A stretch of DNA of 64,000 nucleotides from Octopus vulgaris. Lineage: Eukaryota. The DNA lies in contig OX597827.1 in the NCBI GenBank assembly GCA_951406725.2, positions 22,878,001 to 22,942,000 on the forward strand, given 5' to 3'. The notes beneath the pieces are model-generated. The model saw only the letters and a list, made by a program, of their open reading frames with translations, searched no databases and was not told the DNA's origin. Position numbers and translations under genes: made by a program. Shown piece by piece: positions 54,560 to 64,000 of the stretch (the stretch's first letter is position 1; each line of letters starts with the position of its first letter).

Positions 54560-55234
54560 GTATGTTGATTTTTACTTTTTGATTTTTTTAATATGTTTTA
54601 TTATTTTTTAAAATTTTGTTTTTGTTTTATAAATCATTCTAATTTTTATTGCTTGTGGTGACACCTTCAGGTTGTAGAACACCAGAAACTATCTTCCAGT
54701 CAGCACAACTTGGTACAGGCACATCTGTGTCATAAGCAAGCTTGCTGCGTTATCAATAGTTTCAAGTTTGATCCCACCTTGGGGCACCTTAGGTTTTCTA
54801 CCTACAGAGTATGAATCAACCTAAGTTCTGTAAAGTAAATATAGATTGATGGAAACTGTATGGAAGCCTGTTTGGTGGCCTGTATTTATTGCCCAGTTGT
54901 ATACTTAATCTATGATCCAGTTAAACACACTCACTGACCCTTGGGTTGCTCTTATTAAAGTTCACACTGTTATAAGCTCTGGGATCAAATATTTAATGTT
55001 GATGACACTGTAGACTGGCTGCCCTTCCCTTTTAACCTTTTTGTAAATCATAAAAATACAACTTTGTCTTCTTACTTTGATATTCAAACATTCAAACCCT
55101 CTACTTTTCATGTCCCCAGGGGTTGATAAAATAAACTGACAGTCATGCACTGGGATTGATTGCATCATGGCAATTTTATCATATTCTTGTGTAAAATCTC
55201 CTTCAGCAAAATTCACCCTTCTAAAAGCATCTCA

Positions 55235-55739
55235 ATCAGGCCCACAAGTTGCTCTGTCCACCAGGCCCACAAGTTGCACTGTCCATCAGGCCCACAAGTT
55301 GCGCTGTCCATCAGGCCCACAAGTTGCACTGTCCATCAGGCCCACAAGTTGCACTGTCCATCAGGCCCACAAGTTGCGCTGTCCATCAGGCCCACAAGTT
55401 GCGCTGTCCATCAGGCCCACAAGTTGCACTGTCCATCAGGCCCACAAGTTGTGCTGTCCATCAGGCCCACAAGTTGCACTGTCCATCAGGCCCACAAGTT
55501 GCGCTGTCCATCAGGCCCACAAGTTGCTCTGTCCATCAGGCCCACAAGTTGTGCTGTCCATCAGGCCCACAAGTTGCACTGTCCATCAGGCCCACAAGTT
55601 GCACTGTCCATCAGGCCCACAAGTTACACTGTCCATCAGGCCCACAAGTTGCACTGTCCATCAGGCCCACAAGTTGCACTGTCCATCTGGCCCACAAGTT
55701 GTGCTGTCCATCAGGCACACAAGTTGCACTGTCCATCAG
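55235..55739. repeat. Minisatellite, 25-bp unit ATCAGGCCCACAAGTTGCACTGTCC x20
   Basis: Direct inspection. Confidence 0.95.
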
Positions 55740-55846
55740 TTGGGTTTCAGGTTAGAAGTTAATGTTAGGATCAAGGTTAGATTTAAAGTTAAGGTGAAGG
55801 CTATACGATATCTGCAGTTGATCCATGTCTGTTTTTTTCATTGAAG

Positions 55847-55979
55847 GACAAATCTGATACCAAGTCTTGGAAGACCAAATTGTCAACCGCTCAACAACAG
55901 GTGATGCTGAAAAGTAAGGAACAGCAGAAGATGTGCAGGTTTTACCTCAAAATCAAGACAAAGGCTGCATGGAGTAAAA
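55847..55979 (+). CDS. KNDC1: KNDC1 exon 13, coiled-coil (AQQQVMLKSKEQQKMCRFYLKI)
   Basis: Similar to recalled KNDC1 EQQLMMEKRNYRKTLKFYQKL; phase 0/1. Confidence 0.75.
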
Positions 55980-56143
55980 GTAAACTTCAGTTTATTATAA
56001 TAACATTTCTTTGAGATGTTTAGTAGTGGTTTTGGGATATTCTAAGTGTTATGTGCAGGCGATTTGTTGAAGGCTTGTGATGTGATATACATACATACAT
56101 AAATACATACATACATATACACATACATACATACATACATACA

Positions 56144-56177
<34 letters not shown>

Positions 56178-56262
56178 CATACATACATACATACATACAT
56201 ACATACATACATACATACATACATAAATACATGCATACATACATACATACATACATACATAA

Positions 56263-56317
<55 letters not shown>

Positions 56318-56320
56318 CAC

Positions 56321-56620
56321 TTATAAAAGGAATGACCACTTAGTGGACTCCTAATATGCTAAAGGTAGACCCCAAATGCCAGAATGTAAAGTGAGCAAGA
56401 CAAATAAAAAGATACAAAATATAGTGATTAGAACAATTTTTCTTAGTGGTCAGACCATATTGACTTTACCTTTAGCATATTAGAAGTCCACCTAGTGGTC
56501 ATTCCTCTTATATGTATGTAATATAATTTTCTGAATCTTTAGATTTTTTTCAATATGCTAGGACACTGGTTTAAATTGATATTAATCTAATTAATATCAA
56601 TTTTTACCTTATTATATATA
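56321..56620 (+). mobile_element. (TA)n-embedded fold-back element; rearranged second copy at 57470-57600
   Basis: Arms 56322-56368 / 56467-56512; shared 3' extension TTTTCAATATGCTAGG..TGGTTTAAATTGATATTAAT. Confidence 0.7.
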
Positions 56621-56622
56621 TA

Positions 56623-57350
56623 CTAGCAGCATAGCCCGGCGTTACCTGGGTATGTAAGAGCCCCTATTAGGCAACGACTAAACCCAATCTAGTCCTTTCC
56701 CTCTAGGGAAAGAAGGCGCATGTGTAGGTTGCAATGTCTTCTCTTCACTCCCAAATAACTATCAAACAGCTATCGATAATTCAACCCAACCAATTCCTAC
56801 CAGGAAGAAATTACATTCGAGACTTTACCCCCAACTTATGCTAATAGCTGCTGCAGCTGCAAGTTATTTGAATACTTTTTTTGTTTAAACTTTCTTTATA
56901 ACTACCACCCCAAACGTTTTACCTTCAATTTTTGATGTGCCCTAAGGGTCCTCGGACGCTACTTGCAAACTCTTGGTTTATTATAAACCGCTTTTGTCGT
57001 GTGCACCAAAAAACCTTTTCCATTCGTTTATTCAGTTTGGTCACTTTTGACTTTTTCGTTGTTGTCACTCAAATTGCTGCCCGCTTTTTGCCGTTTTTGT
57101 ACATTTTTATACATTTTGATGTTGCATATAAAAAGCTTAGATTCTTGACCCCATGTCGAATTTATCAATTTTTTTCAGAACTGGGGGAACTTTTCAAAAT
57201 TTTCGCTGCGTTAGTTTTGAATTATGACATTGGGCTATGTGTGTGTCAAGTTTCATCAGAATCGGTTGAAAGCCGTGGTCAGGGTGAGGGTACAACCTGA
57301 CAGACACACAGACACACAGACAGACAAACTGCCGTTTATATATAGAGAGA
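56623..57350 (-). mobile_element. Non-autonomous Helitron, longer member of the same family
   Basis: Same 5' TC end (shares ~200 bp with 24130-24334) and 3' hairpin-CTAG; A|T insertion site. Confidence 0.8.
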
Positions 57351-57379
57351 TATATACTTACACATAAGAGACCAAAGTG

Positions 57380-57443
<64 letters not shown>

Positions 57444-57948
57444 CATACATATATGCATACATATATATATAAGAGGACACCTAATATGCTAAATGTAGAA
57501 CCCATATGGTCTGACCACTAAGAGAAAAAATTTTCAATATGCTAGGCCAGTGGTTTAAATTGATATTAATTAAATTAATATCAATTTTTTACCCTTATTA
57601 TTTAAATTCATATTTGTGTGTGTGTGGAAAATTTTGGGGAATTATTTATTCACCATTACACATGTTTCATTTCCCAATAGGAATTACAAAATTGTACATG
57701 TTGGAGAAACATGTAAGATATCTCCTATTAGAAATTCTTCAGGTAGAGAATCAAATGTGTGTGTCAGAATAAGGTGATATTATCCTCCATGGTACCTATG
57801 GTAACTACTTACAGCTAGATAGACTGAACCAAGGAGAATTAAATGTCTCAAGAATTATGAATAGTTCAGTGCTGCAGCCAGGATTAGAGCCTCAGTTCAT
57901 TTCATCAATAGGCTGCCTCCATATACTAAGGGAGTTTTAATTCCTAAG

Positions 57949-58151
57949 AGGTGCAGGCATAGCTGTTTGGTAAGAAATTTGGTTCCAGGTTCAGTCCCAC
58001 TGTCTGACACCTTGGGCAAATGTCTATTACTATGGTGCTGGAATTACCGAAACCTTGTGAGTGGATTTGGTAGATGGAAACTGAAAGAAGCCTGTCATGT
58101 ATATGTGTGTGCATGTGTGTGAGTACGTATGTGTGTGTATGTGTGTGTGTA

Positions 58152-58189
<38 letters not shown>

Positions 58190-58400
58190 TCCCTTACCAC
58201 TGGTTGATCACTTGACAACTGGTGTTGGTTTGTTTATATCCCCACAACTTAGTGACTCAGTAAAAGAGATCGATAGAATGAATACCAGGCTTTAATAAAA
58301 TAAGTTGTGGGGTTGATTTGCTTGACTAAAAATTCGCAAAGGCAGTGCCCCAGCATGGCCACAGTCCCAAAAACTGAAACAAGTAAAAGAAGGTAAAAGA
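57949..58400 (+). mobile_element. SINE family A copy ending ~40 bp before KNDC1 exon 14
   Basis: Aligns to 17736-18182. Confidence 0.8.
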
Positions 58401-58440
58401 AAACCGTGTTTATGCTTCCAGAACGTTTCTTGTGTTCCAG

Positions 58441-58532
58441 GTGAATGGCAGCAGATGTCAAGAGTGTGGAACGATCTGAAGGAGAGCAGCAACACTTTAA
58501 GCTGTTACAAGGTTTGCCGAAACCATTTAGAG
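58441..58532 (+). CDS. KNDC1: KNDC1 exon 14 (SEWQQMSRVWNDLKESSNTLSCYKVCRNHLE)
   Basis: ttccag / GAG|gtgagt; phase 1/0; continues the coiled-coil. Confidence 0.78.
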
Positions 58533-58539
58533 GTGAGTC

Positions 58540-58615
<76 letters not shown>

Positions 58616-58990
58616 ACACACGCACGCACAACACATAAACATGCACATAAATAATTACACACAAACACACATGTATAAATATACACCATATACACACACA
58701 CTTTTTGATTTTCTATCTAATATGGATGAAGGCCTTGACATCACTCATGCATTTGAAGATTCAGATGGTTAATTTGTGAGTAAATGATAATTCAGTTAAA
58801 GACATAAGACATTCTATTCTACACAAGACAGACAAGATTAGAACTCAATGCTTCTGCTGCAAAGGCTCTGGACTTTTGTGGTTTCCTCTTCTGTTCAGTT
58901 TGGTTTGCTCACCAAATGTGGTGCAGTAGCCAATGCTTTGGAAGCGAAAGGAGACATAAGGGGTGATGCGACAGAAGTAAGGGAGGAAGT

Positions 58991-59323
58991 CAGTGGCAGA
59001 CTGGGTCTAAAAATATTGGTTGCCAGGAGACTAAGGGGGCCCACCCACAGCCACAAGGGGGCCCACCCACAGCCACAAGGGGGCCCACTCACAACTACTA
59101 AGCTATCATTTTATTTTTTTTTGTTAAAAGTATTCTTTTCAACTGTCTTCAAAACAACTAGGCTGAAATAATTAATGCACTCTTCCAGGAATGAATAAAA
59201 AATTCTCAAACTTGAGGGGATAGGCCCCCTTAGATAATAACATGGGCCCCCATATATGGATTCTAATGACATAGGGGTCCACTTGCCATCAAGCAAGCTG
59301 GCAACCTGGCCAGTCTGCCACTA
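58991..59323. mobile_element. hAT-type MITE
   Basis: TIRs CAGTGGCAGACTGG / CCAGTCTGCCACTA; perfect 8-bp TSD GAGGAAGT (58983-58990, 59324-59331). Confidence 0.88.
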
Positions 59324-59727
59324 GAGGAAGTGACTTCACATAATGAACAACCAGCACAAACAGACGTTTGTGAGAGGTTCTTGTGTTGTGTTCACTTCTG
59401 GCCAGGAGGTTTGGGTCAGCGAGTGTAAAGGGTCACACAACAAGTTCTAGTCAGAGTTTTTTGAGTAGTTTTTCATTTTTGATGTCGTTTTACCAACTCT
59501 AGGTAAATGTTTTTTTCCTCTTTCATATTATGCTCCTACTTAATGATAATTTTAACCATGTAGTGGCACTAAATCACATGATGGAGCTAAACCATGAAGC
59601 ACATTTAAACCAATTAATATAGCTAAAACATGCAAGGGATTAAATCTACCAACCAGTTTAAAACCAATTAATTTATTGTTTTGCATATTTAATTACTTCA
59701 TTAATTAACCAAGCATTTTTCATCCAG

Positions 59728-59957
59728 ATGTTGATTTGCAGTGAATGTAGCATTCCTTGCAATCTGACCCATGCGCTGGCCACATGTAAAGCTGATAATA
59801 AGGAGGAATCGGATTCTTTTATATTTCTAACACCCCATGAGGATAATCCTTTGTTGCATTATCACTCAACAGAGGTTGAGAGTGATTCGTGTATGGATGA
59901 GAACACTCTGCTCTATGCAGGGGCACCGCAAGGACTCTTTGCCAACCTTTATACAAG
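59728..59957 (+). CDS. KNDC1: KNDC1 exon 15, start of RasGEF-N/REM (LLYAGAPQGLFANLYT)
   Basis: Matches recalled KNDC1 ILQAGTPLGLMAYLYS; AG|gtaaga donor; phase 0/2. Confidence 0.85.
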
Positions 59958-60104
59958 GTAAGAAAGTGTTCAAGTGTTGAGCTTGTCATTGTTGCTGTTG
60001 CTGTTGTTGTTGTTTAAGTTGTTGCTGTTGTACTCCAATTGATGTAGTTGCCCAAACAGCAAAAAAAGATCTTTCACAGGTAAAATATATACATATATAT
60101 TTCT

Positions 60105-60407
60105 TGTGGGCGAACCGACAGCCAAGTCCACAGGACTGTTTACAAATGTTCACTCGGGTGAGCTTAGAAGATATGGTGTTCGTTCCCGCTTCAAAGAGAG
60201 AGCATCTCTGTGCGTAGGGTTTTCCGTGAGAGAAGTCTTAGCCACGTCCATCCGCTAGCGCTGCTCTTCCAGAAAAAAAGACCGATTTTAAAGGGGCGCT
60301 TCAGGTTGCAGTTCCTGCGCATGCGCATGAGGAAACTTCCGGTGGCCAACCGGAAGTAATCCAATTCTGTGCATGCACACTGAAACTTCCACAGTAGTGT
60401 CACTACA
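60105..60407. mobile_element. CpG-rich probable solo LTR carrying NRF1- and ETS-like motifs
   Basis: TG...CA ends with short TCT(T) duplication; sharp CpG enrichment relative to flanks. Confidence 0.45.
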
Positions 60408-60867
60408 TCTTGGTAAAAAGGGTTGAAGAACTCTTCAAAATGATCTCATTCTTGCTATTTCAACCTGAAGAATGTAAAACCAAGATGCAGGAATAGTCCC
60501 AGAGATTATAGGAATGCAATGAACTGTGAAACATGGTACAGAGAAAGTAACAAAGTATTGACTGAGAAATTTCCCACAGAGTGAATCCCAGAAGAGGGCA
60601 CCACTAATTCTGGTAGCCGAAATCTAAAGGGAGATAACTACATTAATGCTTCAAAGTCTGAAAACAAGACTTCATGTTTATAAAAGAAGTAGGAAGAGTA
60701 TAATTGATTGTACAGACATATATTACTGATACTTTGGTTCTTGTTTATCAACCTAGACTAAGAGGAGTTAATTTCATCCAAGCAGGATTTGAACTTAGAA
60801 TATAGATGTGGTGATAATAGATGGGACTATGTTATATATTTGTATCATTTCTACAAATTCATGGTCC

Positions 60868-60946
<79 letters not shown>

Positions 60947-60964
60947 GAAGAAGAAGAAGAAGAA

Positions 60965-61100
60965 GAGACAGGCTATAAGTACTTGGGGATTTTGGAAATG
61001 GATAAAGTGATGGAGAAAGAAACGACAGAAAAATTTAAGGTGGAGTACTTGCGCAGACTGAGACTGATCCTTAAGTTGAAATTAAATTGGATGGAATAAG
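60965..61100 (+). mobile_element. R4/Dong-like RT C-terminal fragment next to (AAT)n
   Basis: GYKYLGILEMDKVMEK...KVEYLRRLRLILKLKLN. Confidence 0.6.
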
Positions 61101-61412
61101 AAATTGTGACGGAATTGTCACAAAGAAGAATTGGTCCTTTTCAATTGACTAATGTTAGACATAAGCCTTACAGTTCTTGGTACATTTTATCTATTTCCTG
61201 GCAATACTACAATTGTTCCAGACATGACTGTGTGTTTCTCTTCTTAGAACAATATGGGTGTGATTAGAATGAGATTTGGCTGTTATTTCTAGTAGGGAGA
61301 GCGACTGTATAATGACTGCCTTCGCTGACTATTTTGATCAGATTCTGTTTCTGTTGTTGTTGTCTAACACCATCTCCTTCTATATTTTCACCACCACCAA
61401 CACCACTACCAG

Positions 61413-61523
61413 GACTGCACTGACCAGTGGCTACATCCACCAATTCTTTTACTGCTATCGGTACTTCACCTCTCCACTCCAACTCTTCACTTTTCTCAGG
61501 CAGACATACACAATGTCTCACAA
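61413..61523 (+). CDS. KNDC1: KNDC1 exon 16, REM (SGYIHQFFYCYRYFTSPLQLFTFL)
   Basis: Matches recalled KNDC1 GYVQQFLYTFRYFCTPHDFLHFL; AA|gtaagt donor; phase 2/2. Confidence 0.88.
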
Positions 61524-61639
61524 GTAAGTACTCCTCCTCTTCCTCCTCCGCCCCCCTCCTCCTCCTCCAACCACCACCACCACCACCACCACCACCACCA
61601 CCACCACCACCACCACCACCACCACCACTACTACTACTA

Positions 61640-61688
<49 letters not shown>

Positions 61689-62522
61689 AGAACAGACAAT
61701 TGGAGACTGGTGCAGATCTCCAGTCTTGCCAGTTCCTACCAAATTGTCCAACCCATGCCAGCATGGAAAAGGGACATTAAATGATGATGAGGATGATGAC
61801 GATGATGATTCAGCAGAATCGTCAGCACTTTGGACAAAATGCTTTGTGACATTTCGTTTGTCTTCATGTTCTGAGTTTAAATTCCAGCAAGGTAAACTTT
61901 GCCTGTCATCCTTTCGAGGGTCAATAAAATAAAATGAATGTTAAATGAGGATAATGATGATGATGATAATGATGATGATGATCATCAGTAGTAGTAGTAG
62001 TAGTAATGTATTGCAATAGGCCTCTAAAGATATTTCTAATCACTATTTCAATTTCCTTTTCCCTGTTTTCCTTTCTTACTGCCATCCACCCACCCATCCA
62101 TCCCCCATCCCCCCATCCCTCCATCCATCCACCCATCCACCCAACCATCCATCCCTCCATCCACTTGCCCACAGATCCACCCATCCATCCATTCATCCAC
62201 CCACCCACCCATCCACCCACCCATCCATCCACCCATCCATCCACTCGCCCACACATCCACCCATCCACCCATCCATTCATCCACCCACCCACCGATCCAT
62301 CCCTCCCTCCATCCATCCACTCGCCCACACATCCACCCATCTATCTATCCATCCATCCATCCATCCACCCATCCATCCGCCCACCCATCCATCCATCCAC
62401 CCAACTATCCACCCAACCATCCACCCATCCACCCATCCATCCACTCACCCAACCATCCACCCATCCACCCATCCATCATTCTACTCTTTTTACTCACATC
62501 TTCCCATTATACCCCTGGGTAG

Positions 62523-62661
62523 ATTCCAACCTTCCCACATGGCTGCCATCATTGCCAAGAGGACTCTGCTGTTGCTCTCCTGGTGGCTTAACGATTATTA
62601 CACGATCGACTTCAAAGTGAGAACCACCTTGAAACGGTTGGTGGAAGAGTTCATTATGAAG
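62523..62661 (+). CDS. KNDC1: KNDC1 exon 17, REM ([21 protein letters not shown]...LVEEFIMK); gene continues right of the window
   Basis: REM motif R.L.LL..W..DY...DF; AAG|gtgagt donor; phase 2/0. Confidence 0.85.
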
Positions 62662-63489
62662 GTGAGTCTGGCATTTATTATTAGTACTGCTGTTGTTGTT
62701 GCTATCATTGCTGTTGTGCTTGTTGTTGTTGTTGTCGTGTTTGTTGTTGATTTTGTTTCTTTGCTTCAGTTCAGTCCAAATGGAACAGACTGATGATCAA
62801 AGGTAGGTGTTCCAGCCTTGACCATCCCCCATCTCTTTAGAGTTATAGCTGTACTTACATAATTCAATTGATCCTTAAAATGGTCGTGTTGGTGTAGTTG
62901 GCTGCTATTTCTAGTAAGTTGAGCGGCTGAAAAGAGAAGCTTTTTACATTATTATTCACACAACACTGCCTCTTTTTTTTAGCCAGCAGTGTTGTGTCAA
63001 ACACACACACACACAAACACACACATGCACAAACATATACGAAAGGCTTCTTTCAGTTTCCATCTATCCAAGCTGCTCACAAGGCCAAGGCACTTAACCA
63101 ATGTGATACGATTCTGGGTACTGAACCCAGGACCATGTGGTTGGGAAGCAAACTTCTTACCACACAGCCACGCCCAAGCCTGGGGGTGTAAAATGACAGC
63201 ATCCAAGCATGTTTGAGTCTTCATCTAGAGAGATACAAAATGGCTCGGTCATCCGCAAAACAAGGAAGTCAGCATCTCACTCCAAGAAGCATCTTTTAGA
63301 CCCAAACAAGAGTTGGTGTTGCCAAAGATTTACTCAGCTTTCGACTAATTTTGGTAAAACCTGAGACTGCAAGAACAGGGGACCAAACAGGGAGTTTGTT
63401 GCTGTTGTTGTTGTTGTTGTTGTTGTTGTTGCTGTTGTTGCTGTTGTTTATGATGTTTATAAAGTTGCTGCTGATGATGAATATGGTGG

Positions 63490-63518
63490 TGATGTTGAGG
63501 GTAAGAAGTGGATGGTGG

Positions 63519-63562
<44 letters not shown>

Positions 63563-63563
63563 G

Positions 63564-63595
<32 letters not shown>

Positions 63596-63714
63596 GGTGA
63601 TGATGATGATGATGATGATGATGGTGGTGGTGATGATGATGATGATGATTTTGATGAAAATGATGATGATGATGATGGGGATGATTTTGATGATGATGAT
63701 GATGATAGTGGTGG

Positions 63715-63752
<38 letters not shown>

Positions 63753-63765
63753 GTGATGGTGGTGG

Positions 63766-63799
<34 letters not shown>

Positions 63800-64000
63800 G
63801 GTGGTGGTGGTGGTGGTGGTGATGGTGATGATGATGATGATATGATGATGATAGTGATAGTGATGATGATGATGATGATGATGGTGGTGGTGATGATGAC
63901 GATGATGATGATGATGATGATGATATGATGATGATGGTGGTGGTGATGATGATATGATGATGATGGTGATGATGATGATGAGCATGATGGTGGTGGTGGT
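63490..64000. repeat. (GAT)n/(GGT)n compound microsatellite
   Basis: Direct inspection. Confidence 0.95.

Noticed and set aside
55160-55844. Three overlapping 168-225 aa ORFs; also considered as a CRISPR-like array
   Set aside because: They are translations of a 25-bp tandem repeat; there are no unique spacers and the context is eukaryotic and intronic.
60585-60635. CAGAAGA-GGGCACCA..TGGTAGCC-GAAA hammerhead-like motif
   Set aside because: The first box deviates (CAGA instead of CUGA) and there is no stem III or NUH; at most a very decayed remnant.

Overview
AT-rich, microsatellite-saturated eukaryotic (metazoan) genomic DNA. The tRNA-head and Nin-domain SINE families and the repeat landscape strongly suggest a coleoid cephalopod (Octopus-like); this is inferred, not tested. 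Two intron-rich genes diverge head-to-head. On the minus strand are the first four coding exons of a DCAF10/WDR32 WD40 protein (ATG at 11587, gene runs off the left end). On the plus strand are 17 phase-consistent exons of a v-KIND/KNDC1 homolog (ATG at 19906; two KIND domains, very large low-complexity inserts, a coiled-coil and a RasGEF N-terminal REM domain; gene runs off the right end). Almost all other listed ORFs are microsatellite artefacts. Introns and the intergenic region hold SINEs, RTE and R4/Dong LINE fragments, Gypsy remnants, Helitrons, Tc1/mariner and hAT MITEs, and a decayed Penelope-like (PLE) reverse transcriptase. The most notable signal is a recurring class of short fold-back elements in (TA)n repeats with the layout inverted arm - core - arm - 3' extension. 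Several carry hammerhead-ribozyme cores at the arm boundary. One has the same layout but is built from two U6 snRNA copies fused head-to-head at U6 +1, a candidate U6-headed, PLE-mobilised non-autonomous element. A 5S rRNA/SINE-tail chimera is also present.
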